DNA from: Phoronis australis
Taxonomy: Eukaryota; Animalia; Phoronida
Length of the DNA: 64,000 bases
Assembly (NCBI GenBank): GCA_002633005.1
Contig: NMRA01000125.1
Location: 106,214 to 170,213 of the forward strand
Direction: 5' to 3'
How positions within the stretch are numbered: the first letter of the stretch is position 1; each line of letters starts with the position of its first letter. Below the pieces are notes generated by a model. That model was given only the letters and a program-made list of their open reading frames with translations, made no database searches and was not told where the DNA came from. Shown one piece after another: positions 12,501 to 23,194 of this stretch. A program made the position numbers and the translations under genes.

Positions 12501-15500
12501 TCTGCTTGAGACCATGCTAAGTGAATTAGCTTGTTGAGCATGGTCTATGTATTGATTATGACCATGCTGAGTGCGTTAGCTTGTTGAGCATGGTCTGTGT
12601 ATTGATTATGACCATGCTGAGTGCATTAGCTTGTTGAGCATGGTCTATGTATTGATTATGACCATGCTGAGTGCATTAGCTTGTTGAGCATGGTCTATGT
12701 ATTGATTATGACCATGCTGAGTGCGTTAGCTTGTTGAGCATGGTCTGTGTATTGATTATGACCATGCTGAGTGCGTTAGCTTGTTGAGCATGGTCTGTGT
12801 ATTGATTATGACCATGCTGAGTGCGTTAGCTTGTTGAGCATGGTCTATGTATTGATTATGACCATGCTGAGTGCGTTAGCTTGTTGAGCATGGTCTATGT
12901 ATTGATTATGACCATGCTGAGTGCATTAGCTTGTTGAGCATGGTCTATGAATTGATAATGCCTTGTAAAGTCTTCCCAGGCCTATAAATTCTATTCTGAG
13001 TTAGGAGTATTGTATGGTGGGGGGGTTTCTTAAAAACTTAGTCTTCTGACAGAATGCAAGGTTTATATAGAATTGTTAATAAATACTTGAAACTTAGACA
13101 AGTTTTTTATTATCTATTCCTACTATTATGGAAAGCATTTTTATTGGTTATTTGCTGCTATGTTCCATTCCAAAAGTGAAGCGACAATCACTTTGTCAAT
13201 TTTGTTGAATATGTCAGGAGCTCTATAGAATTATCTCTCATTTTTGCAGGAAACCAGTGATCATCTCAAGTCTACGGATATATTTTCTGCGCCTTTGTTT
13301 GTTACTGTACCGAACCTGTCATCCTTGGAAACCAAGACATTTTCTGCTGTGAAGCAAAGTCTAATTGAAGCTTGTAAAGAAGACGGCCATTTCACCAGTG
13401 AGTCATTGGAACTGATTCACGACTTGACAAACTCAAAATGCAAACCATCAGGACCTCAACTCACATTCCTTTATGATTGTTTGAGCAAAAGTGACAGGAT
13501 GGATATCGTTAACAAAGCGTATGTGACATTAAGCCACGTGGCAAGAATGCACCCAGGTGAAGCATCGACGCCATGGGATATGGTGGAGAAAATGTTTTCT
13601 AATTTATTTTTACATAAATTGACAAGACTGAACTTAATGGGCCTGTCTTTACTGCTCGATCACGTGACCACCGTCCTACAGGTTGAAGTTGTGATAAACA
13701 AAGAGTCGAGAAGAAAGAGCCAGGCGTGGAAGTTACTGTCACCAGAATCAAACTTCAGACACGTCAGTAGACTTCTTGAGTGGTTGTTTCGACTTCTGCA
13801 TGAAGATGATGAGACGAGTCTTTGCATTTCTGAAAGCACTGGGTTGCTAAGTTTGAATTCATTGGAATCTCAGCGCGAACCTTTGCTCAGATCATGTGAA
13901 ATTCGTCCACTGTTGCCGCTGCTAGCCAGGTTGTTGGAAGTTGCGGTGGTGGCAAGTTTGGAGCCTCTGCCTGTAGCATCCAGAATTGCTACGGAAATTG
14001 TTGACAGGTAGTATGGGGGCACCCACGGTTGCTGTAGTCATTTTTAGAGGCTCTGAAGTGAATTCCCTCGATAAGAAACATAATTAACGGAATCTGATTT
14101 CTTTCATGGAGTTAGAGATTTGGAACAACATTTACACATTCTAGTGGCAGGTACCATAATTCTCATGGTTTTGGTTACCATAAATTAAGAATATGATCCT
14201 CATCAAATTCTACATATTCTGGCTATAGTTGTTTTGCAGCAGACGTGTTGAAGGATTTGTGTATTCTATCTGAAGGTGGCGCTGTTATTTTCAGGTTCTG
14301 AGACTCAATAAACATGCAGCAATTACGGAAACAACATAATTCAGTGGATGGCTGTTCCCAAAGCACTTTTACATATGTAATTTCCATTAATTTTGTTCAA
14401 AAATTTTGATTTCAGATTTTTTTCCAATGGCATGACATTCTGCCGGCGAAAACGTCTGCTCTCCTTGCTCACATCTCCACTGCTCAAGTTCAAGGTCACC
14501 GAACACTTTCTTTGTCCTGCAACTACCAGCTGCCAATCATTGCCTTCCTTTCAGAGCTTGGTGGATGCCATGAGCTCTTGCTATGACCTGATTACCCAAG
14601 CTGATGACTACTTGTTATTGGTCAGCACCTGTGTGACATCATACATACAAACTGTACAAGGTACTGTGTTGATAAGTAGAGGAAGCCCGGTGGTCTCATA
14701 AGTATAACATACTCTACAAAAACAGTAATTTTGGAGTTTTAGGCATATCTTGCGCTCTTTTTGGAGTTCCGTGAAACTGAAAAATGGGTTATACAGGAAG
14801 CAGCCATTTTTATGTGTCCACATATTTATATGTCGGTGCATATTGTCGTTATCTCTGTTTGGGGGTCCGGTGTCTGTAGCTATATCTACTAAACCCCTTG
14901 CAGGACCTGAAATTTGCCAGGTGTCTGCCTATGACGACGAGTTTTGGACTGAACCGAATACCGCTGTGCCCCCATGATTAATTCATGAAATTCAGCAAAT
15001 AGGTTTTTAATAAGGAGGCAAGGATGCCATTCCATTTTCAGACGGATTCTATGGATTTCACGCCACCTTGTTGTTATTTTTGCGTCTGTTTTCTGACATC
15101 CGCCTCTTTATTTGCCGTACACTCATAGGGTCATTATGAAAATTTACTTATGTGTTCCTGATGAGAAGGTCACGACTGAAGTTGACTTTTGGACGAGTCT
15201 GATTACCGTGTTGTCCCCTTGTGGCAATTTTGTTTTTTTTTGTGTCTGCAGCCCAATCTCCTTATCTCTTTGAAGAAGCTTTGTGAATTTCGAAAGATGT
15301 TTTGAACTGATCCAAATACCACTGTGCCCCCTAGTGGTGAAATGTTTTTTGTTTACCTCTATCTTCGGAATTCTTTTATGAAATTCGGCAAATAGGTTTC
15401 TATCAAGGAGACAACAATGTCGTTCCGTTTTCGGACAGATTTGATGTTTTCTGCACCACCTGGTGGCTTCTGTTCCTGATCCGAAGACCCATACTGATGT

Positions 15501-18423
15501 TGATTTTCAGAGGTTTTCGAATATTCTGGTGGCCCCAAGGGGCATTTTCGTTTTTTTGCGTCTACGGCTGTATCTCCTCAAACCTTTGAAGGATCTTTTT
15601 GAAAATTGGCAGATGGGCTTCTATAGATATGGCAACAGATGACGACGAGTTTCAGACCAATTGGACTATAGCTGTGCCCCCTAGTGTCAATTGGTTTTAC
15701 TTTTGCCTCTAAATCTTAGGAGTTTTTTGGCTTATTGTCATGAAATTTGGCAAATAGTTTGCATTACAGAGACGTCACCACCTTCTCAATTCGGACAGAT
15801 TTGATGCATTCTGTGCTGTCTAATGGTAATTTTTGTGATCCGTACAAGTACATTATTTGTGGTGCTGGTCGTGGGCGCATTCCAATGCTCCGCGTTGCTC
15901 TTATTTTTTATGTTCATCATATGTCCCGAGTAATTTATAAATGATACATGCCTCATAAGCTCGTTACCAAAGATGAAAAGGAGACCGAGTTAGGCGATAT
16001 AAGGTCATTTATTATGACTAATGCAATTACAAGTTATAGTGAATAACCATAAGTGAAATAAAAAATGATAATCTCTGGTAAGATGGGCAATAAAAAAGCG
16101 CCACAAGAGATGTTGTAAGACAGCTCATGCCCTTCCTTTGCACACACCGACTATAGGGGGTTGGGGTGAAATATATTTAATTTGTTGGTGCCGACTGTGT
16201 GGCAAATTGTCAAGCTTATCAGCTGTGCTTTTTCTTAAAAACATGTTCTCCAACTGTGCAACAAAAACCCCATCAAACATATATGAAATTGTCAGGAATA
16301 ACACATACATGTGAAAAGGAAAAATGGTAAATTGTTGGATGTCGTTAACAGTGCTCCAGACATGATTATGTCACATGGCTTGGCCCACCTGATTGACATA
16401 AACGTAGGGCATGTAGAAACTGGTAAAACACTTTCAAATCTGGTAAAAAATATTTATTAAAGCCACTACATTTTGAGTCTAATGGGTGTGGCCCTTTACC
16501 AGGTTTAAAGACAAATACCTTGAAACCAGGGGATCTAAAGAAACGTCCGTTATTTTGTTTTCCAACACCCACAAAAACAGTGATTTTAATAAAAACGTGG
16601 GCCACGTGAGCCATTACCTCCAACTATTCCTATTTCGTATCCTCTTTTCATTTTCTGTCATCCTCCCTTTGTTTTTCTATTTTTTATACATTCATTGCCC
16701 AGACAATAACACAAAGCCAGTCTCAGGTTGGGCGCCTCAGATCCAGCTTTAACAAAAGTATATAATATTAAACAATAAATATGTGTAAAGGAAATGAAAT
16801 GTAACTAAACAGGGACACGGGGACGGGGAAGGACTTTCACACGCCATTCATACACACACTCAGGCTTTGCTGATACGGTGTTATGATGAAATTATGCGCT
16901 ATGAAAAGAAAAGAAAAAATAATATATAATAATATAGGTACATAATACACGCATGTATTCATACATATACATACATACACACATACATACAATACATACA
17001 TACATACATACATGCACATATACATACACACATACATACATACACACATACATACACACATACATAAATACATACATACATACATATATACATACCTATA
17101 TACATAAATACATACGTTTAGACAATATAGAAATTTCATTAAAGACATGACTAGACTTTTTGTTAGCGAGCTTGATACTGATACGTAATTTCGGAAATCT
17201 CCTTTCTTCTGGTGCAGATATGAAGTAAAAATTCGAGAGACATGACAAACAAATAAAAACAATAGCTATATTTCGTGACTACATGTCACATTATCAGGCA
17301 ATTAGTGGAATGAACATATGCGTAGCAAAATAAACATTGAAATACACGTGGCAGCGAGAAGAGGGGCATACAAGCAGAGTGTGAATGCAACACACGGTAA
17401 GAAGCCCGCTACCCTATAGAAACATGGGGTACACACCTGTGAGCTGCTCATTCAACACAGGTTTTTCCTGACTGATCACTTTGTACACCAAGATGGACGG
17501 AAAATAATTAGGCAAGAAATAGTAGACAATACCATCATTCGCTATTTTGAAAATGACACATTTTGGCTAAAGATTTTGGAATTGCTGTTAACAGCTGTAG
17601 TGATTGCAATATAGAAATAAACAATGACAATTTAAGTTTAACACATAACATTGTGATGTCTAAATGACAATATGAAAATAATGATAACAGTGAATAGAAT
17701 ACTAATTAAAAACATGCGTGCAGAACTCTCCATTTATCCACATTTGTGTCCGAGGTATCTGTAAAAATTGTGTTAACTATATAAACATTTGTAACTTCAG
17801 TTTAAAATAGTCGAAAATGAGAAGCTTTTCTGCATTTGTTTGATAAATGAAGTAAAATGCAAGTGTATTAATGGTATCACAAATTAATTTGTGATTTGGA
17901 TTAGAGTTTTGAACAAAATCTATAATGTCCCAAATCGTAAACATGTACTGGGCATTTAATTTTGAACATGATTGCATAAAAAAGCCTTTTGCCCACCACT
18001 GAAGAGCGCCACCAGTTAGGCTCAAAAGCCAATAACTTTAATAAATAATTGTTTAAGTGTTTTACCAGTTTCTACTTAGTCTCATTTTATTCGTTCTCGA
18101 CATGTCATTTTTAACTAATAGGTGTGACTGGGTACTACTCTCATTTTTTTGTTTCAGGGCAATGCCATGTTCCCATGAACAAGAGAAAGCTCCCATCCTG
18201 CAAACCATGTCTGTCTGACATGGACAATGAGGCCCTCATTAACCTATGTCATTTCTTAGAAGATAATTTTGAGTCATCTCAGCTGGAGACCTGTCTTCTT
18301 CTCTTAAAATGTTTAACTGAGGCCACTCATACTGGAGGAATTACAGAAGAGTGTTTAGCCACCAAAGCTGTAGAGACTACCGAGGAATGTCAAGCTGGGA
18401 CCAGTCGCCAGCCTTTTGCCTAA
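8134..18423 (+). CDS. SIMC1: SUMO-interacting motif-containing protein 1-like (SIMC1/Nse5-like SMC5/6 cofactor); join(8134..9544,11757..11905,13250..14007,14416..14660,18158..18423), 942 aa
   Basis: All four introns are GT-AG with matching phases (1,0,2,1); total 2829 nt ending in TAA. The N-terminus MPKKKR is NLS-like, followed by the SIM VLVISSDSEDDE and a disordered Ser/Asp region. The helical C-terminal domain (ESLELIHDL..P..LTFL...AYVTLSHVARMHP..STPWD...LLLDHVTTVLQ) resembles the recalled SIMC1/SLF1 Nse5-like domain. The gene structure is firmer than the name. Confidence 0.7.
8773..9300 (+). repeat. Coding tandem repeat, about 3 x 186 bp (62 aa)
   Basis: CATTCT(A/G)TAG at 8773, 8959 and 9145; peptide unit HS.DQNT...DL.ILS..KMP.SQDNPCS.SKDSH.DD....F.PSDE. 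Confidence 0.9.
9575..10730 (+). mobile_element. HINE-like element with degenerate internal repeats (SIMC1-like intron 1)
   Basis: 5' hairpin TTTATGCGCCCACATAGATATGCGGGTGCA, recurring internal motifs (CCCCCTAGTG, TGGCAATTTT, TTGGCAGATG), and a 3' end TGGGTGCGTGTCAACTGTGTTGCTCTTGTT. Same family as 14807-15908. Confidence 0.6.
11479..11716. mobile_element. Tc1/mariner-type MITE (TA TSD)
   Basis: TA|CAGTAAAAATTCTTAAATTTGGGACA ... TGTCACAAACTGAAGAATTTTTACTG|TA; related copies near 32405 and 53474. Confidence 0.75.
11757..11905 (+). CDS. SIMC1: SIMC1-like coding exon 2
   Basis: Acceptor TTTTTCTTCAG| and donor AAG|GTATTA; reads EPESEKRQPNDD...STQIK. Confidence 0.75.
12510..12959. repeat. Minisatellite, 9 x 50 bp, each unit containing an inverted repeat
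   Basis: Unit GACCATGCTGAGTGC(G/A)TTAGCTTGTTGAGCATGGTCT(A/G)TGTATTGATTAT, starting every 50 bp from 12510 to 12910. Confidence 0.95.
13250..14007 (+). CDS. SIMC1: SIMC1-like coding exon 3 (Nse5-like helical domain)
   Basis: Acceptor TTTTTGCAG| and donor AG|GTAGTA; open frame of about 252 codons. Confidence 0.85.
14416..14660 (+). CDS. SIMC1: SIMC1-like coding exon 4
   Basis: Acceptor TTTCAG| and donor AAG|GTACTG; reads RRKRLLSLLTSPLLKFKVTEHFL. Confidence 0.8.
14807..15908 (+). mobile_element. HINE-like element (SIMC1-like intron 4), same family as 9575-10730
   Basis: 5' TTTTTATGTGTCCACATATTTATATGTCGGTGCA, internal CTGTGCCCCCTAGTG repeats, 3' GTGGGCGCATTCCAATGCTCCGCGTTGCTCTTATTTT. Confidence 0.6.
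16957..17115. repeat. (TACA)n compound microsatellite
   Basis: Imperfect TACA/CACA/TATA tetranucleotide run. Confidence 0.95.
18158..18423 (+). CDS. SIMC1: SIMC1-like terminal coding exon
   Basis: Acceptor TTTTTTTGTTTCAG|, stop TAA at 18421-18423, AATAAA at 18631. Confidence 0.8.
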
Positions 18424-21400
18424 TTGCAGGACTGTGTTGTATTGACACACGAAACTCCTAAAAACACAAGATCACGAGATATCACTATGCATTAGAAGTG
18501 AAGCATGTGATTACACTACCCAGGGCTTGGAATGACCCATGACAAAAGAGGAAAAATTTCCACGTCATGTATCGTTCCATAAATGAATAGGCTTATGTGA
18601 TAGAATTTCTGTGTTGTAAAATTTAGCTGAAATAAATGTTTTTGCTGTTTGACTAAAGTCAAAATAATGATGAAAAAGTGACGGACAAAGAGGAAACTGG
18701 AAGTCAAATAAGAGGAAATAGAAACCAAAAAAGAGGAAATCCTCTTAAGAGGAAAATTCCAAGCCCTGGCTACCTTTTCTTGTGTTCGACTTGTGTCTAC
18801 GGAGCGCATACAAATTTACCTGGAGACCATAGTGAAAAGCACTAGATATTTGGAAGATTACGGGTGTATTTTATTACAGTCAGTCGACCTTCATTGCAAC
18901 AAAGACTCTCAGGAGTTTTCGTAATGTCGGTTGCAACAAAAATTTGACATAACCAAATCGAATTGTATATAAGAGTCGAGTTTACTTGACACATGCTGAA
19001 TGGACGAACATTGAAAATCAGGTTAGACTTTTTTCTTTAAATTATACTCACAAATGCAAAAGATACACCACCTGAACTAGTATGTGGCATACATTTGATG
19101 GGTTGAGCAGATCCTCTAGATTTCAGAATGCTCAAATTGAATTGGATTGAGACTTGGCGACAAGTCGGACCATAAAGTCCTGTTCTGTCAATTTTCTTTT
19201 ATCAGTTACACAATGGTAACTCAATGTTTTGCTGTTTTACACAGAGAAATTAATAACAGGTAAAATTGGATAAGATGGAGAATTTTCAGACATATGAAAA
19301 TAAAATGCACCTTGGTGTTACAGGCAGTGATGAATATGGCGAGGTTTCTTCAATTTAGAATTGTACAGTGAAAAATCACTTTATCAAAATTTCAACAAAC
19401 TAAAGTAAATAGGAAGAAAACTTTATTTCGTAACTTCAGAGTTTATATTGTACAACTGCCATCAACAAACAATAAACGACACTCAAGAATGTTCAACAAT
19501 TACATAGTTAGGTTTTGAAAGTTGAAAAATGATGATTTTGGCAACTATTCTTGTTCAAATCTTGGGATACTTTACCGTAATGTGAAAAGGTAAAAAATAT
19601 AAGCCTTTTTGAAATATGTACACCAGCAAGACTCCCCGAACACTTGGTCTACGCAGCTGGTTTGCATGCATGCAAGTATGAAGTTGTCTTAATTGTGAGC
19701 AGTTCATAAGATGCAATTGGTTTTTGATCGTGTATAACATTTTTGTCAGATGTTTTCCTTGCTTTCTGATGCCACATGTTGGAGTTGTGGCATGTTTTTA
19801 TATTTTTGTACTTTTAAAAATGTTTTAGCTTTATAAAAAANCTACAGGTGTGCATCAAGCTGTGCACAAAAGATGGGTGACTTTTTTGCAACGAGTTCTG
19901 CAAGATGCCATTTCCAACAAAATCCTATGAATGGATGCCTTTTCCCCACAAATGAGTTCCAACTGTGGGAGACTGCAAGAGTGCCATTTTCATACAAAAA
20001 TATTTTGAAGTGATTCTGATATTTGTATTTTTTAGATCAAATGGGTCAACTAGCTATACAACCCATACCTTTCGACTGACTTCCACATATATCAATACGA
20101 CAACTTTATTCTTAAAACAGTTCAGTTGTCTTACATATTCATTTGGTGTTTCTACTCCATTTCCAAGCTATCAATATCACAGACATCTAACAAGAACAGA
20201 ATCGTGCTGTGTCGCAGTGTTGCTTCCATTGTTTTAGTTCCAGTCAGACCACAAACACATGCCTGTATAAAAACACGTAATTTTGATTTGCAAATACTTT
20301 TTACTCACAAGTGAGACATGAGAAGAAAGCTATATACAACCAAACAACACAAAAGGCACCAAAAGAACAACATGAGTGTACTGGCAGTACATTGTCTGTG
20401 CTTGCATAGTTTAAGTGTATGGAAATGCTTTATCAATAACAAGTCTGGTCAGCATGCCACCTGTGACCACATCACATGACCTGATGTTGCCAACAGGTAG
20501 AGTACTGACCAGACTTAAAATGTTTGCGATACATATCTCCATGCCGGTTTCAGAATTACATAATATTTATAATGTAAGATTAAGACCTGAACACAACAGA
20601 ACATGGAGACACAACATACTGCTCAACATTCACAGGTAGGCGAACTTCTCCCTAGTCAACGGGCACTTCGCAAGAGCATGACAGGAAGGTCACAAATGTA
20701 TAGTTGGGTAAGACACATAACAGCATGTGTGTTAAAAATGGAATTTCCAAAAACTTGAGGCTGTGTGCGGTAATTCAGACAAGTGCTGTAAAGCCCTACT
20801 TCACTAATTTCAGAATATCATACAGGTCAAGGTAAAATATACCAGGCTTCAATAAAATTCAATTATTTTGACTTACTATCTTCAAAAAATCGTGATACAG
20901 GCAAAGGGATAGACTCACAACACAATTACAGTAAGAGAATCTAGCCAAGTGTAAAAAGAATACCTAAACAACATGGGTCACACAGCTGTGGCACCAGTAA
21001 ACACGGCCCATCGACTCTTTGTTGCTCAATCACGTGTTTGTTATTGGACATGTGTGAGGATGCTTCTTGGCTGCATATTCAGTGTTGTAGACACAACTTT
21101 ATCAGTCAATGAACAAAGTTAACAGGTTCATGAGCTGAGTTCATAAGTTCATGAGCCGTGTTCTTGAGTAGCTTGGTTAAGAAGTCACAACTATGGTAGT
21201 TTCATGGTTGTATTTCCTACATGCTCAAAGAGCCACACTTTAGTTCAGCTGTCCATTACAATGGTTCACTTATTTCAGTTAATAAAATGTCATTCCAATT
21301 GACAACAGATTTAAAGGGAATCTCAAAGGGTTTCAGTGTCCTTTTTGGTTGAATTATGGTTTTCTGCCTTTGACTTCCTCTTTATAGAATGACATTTTTC

Positions 21401-23017
21401 TATGCAAAATGACAGAATAGCTCCAGTACAAAATCAAGCAAAACATGAGAATTTATCCACAACGCCACAGAAACTGAGGGGAAGCAGGTGAAGTGCAAGC
21501 ACACGGACTCACTGTGTTAAACTTGAACCTTACATATCCAGCACTGTTACCTCACAAGATGTTTCATGTGGTTACAAAACCCCACTTGTGACCAGAATTC
21601 AGACAAAACTTTGACCATGAAATCCAAGGCGATTTAAGTACAACTCTGAATGCAATAACCCCAACCCCCCTTCGTAACTAGGAAAATCTCTAAAAAGATG
21701 GAATCAAACTTGATTTTATACATTTTAATTACTATAAAGCTTCAACTATGAATCAAGAAAAATGGCTGCTGTTCATCCATGATTTTTGAAAAATGACATT
21801 TATGCACCAAAAAAAAATGCTCATCCTTACAATGAAAGTCTTTAAAAATATTTTAAGGCTAAAATGAAATTCAAGGACTTGTCAAAGGCCAAGGCTTAAA
21901 ATTCAAGGGCTTTTCAAAACGAACCATGTTTATGGTTGAACGATCATGTCTCGCACTGATGTACATTTGAAATGATTGATTTTTCCAGAAAGCATGTAAA
22001 TTTGTCTGCAAGAAGCAACGATAAATCTGCAACTCATCAGCATATTGGCAACGAGACGAATGACAATTTGTCTAGCTGACAACTTCCCATAAATCTGGGA
22101 ACTGTTCGATGTAAACCGGCTCAGCTTAGAAAATCTTGAACAACTTCATTCAAGTTAAAACATTGGCTTAATTCCGTAAGTCACTTTAAGTTTCAGATTT
22201 GTCTCAAGTACATCTTACCAGAACTTTCTGCAGACAAGCCGATCGTTATACAGATAAAACCTAATATGCTTTCTCTCAAAAAAGTCATGATACAAGTAAT
22301 TATCCACGATGAAATTGGGTCACAAATTGTTGCATAGCTTAATCAAATTAGAGGTCACATGAAGGTCAAGGGCAGTCAGCTCTCATTGAGCCCAGAGATC
22401 ATGTCTAAACCAAGTAAGGAACAAGACCAAGATGATCACGACCAATTTTACAACAGTAGGTAGTCTAAATGAAAACAAGTTTCCTGTAACGGGCCTCTGC
22501 ACCCTGAGATGTGCACGCATCAGCCTTCATTCACAAGATGAACACCTGGTTATAAATCCAGCGTAGTTACGGTGCAACGATAAATTATCTAACATCACAG
22601 CCGGAGACCTGCGGAGTTTGCGTAGAGAAAGATTCTTGAGCGCAAGACCAAGATCGTGCCTGAAAGTCAAGTGTTTCACAAAGTAAGCAAAATGGACACC
22701 ACTGAAGTGATTGGTCGGCAATAGTGGATTGTTGATTTATGGGAAAAAATTCATGGTTTCCGTTCCATTGGTCAAGATGTCTCGCCGTGAGCACCTCACA
22801 AGAGTGCAGCATATTTTGAAATTCAGCCCTTACTTGGAGATGAGCCTATTAGCTCAATCGAATAGCAAGACCATCAGAATACCCAACTGAACATGGCTTC
22901 AGGCACCTGATTTTTGGCTCTTTAAACTTGAACACTTTCTGGACAAATCCGGTAGGAGACAAGAGCTCTACCTGGATAACAGAACCTGGGGCTATCTCCT
23001 GAACTTCCACAGCCCCG

Positions 23018-23194
23018 CTACTCGCAAACTGACGTGTTCTCTTTGTCTTCGTCGTTTGCTGACATTGCGCTGCTGTCATCGAAGCACTGCTTGGAGTCGT
23101 CACGCACTATCGAACTTTCGTTGTGATCATCATCGTCTTCGTCGTCCTCGACTTCTGTCAAGAACAGGCGGACACGACGCCGCGACGAGGCAAC
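23018..23194 (-). CDS. ANAPC4: ANAPC4 terminal coding exon
   Basis: Acceptor CCCCATAG|GTT; reads VASSRRRVRLFLTEVEDDEDDDHNESS...NDEDKENTSVCE*; TAG at 23020-23018. Confidence 0.88.
   Translation of the reverse strand, partial: VASSRRRVRLFLTEVEDDEDDDDHNESSIVRDDSKQCFDDSSAMSANDEDKENTSVCE

Noticed and set aside
12510-12959. CRISPR-like palindromic repeat array
   Set aside because: The linkers are identical rather than unique spacers, there are no cas genes, and it lies in a eukaryotic intron.
16837-17262. ORFs rich in YVCM/HTYI
   Set aside because: Translations of the (TACA)n microsatellite.
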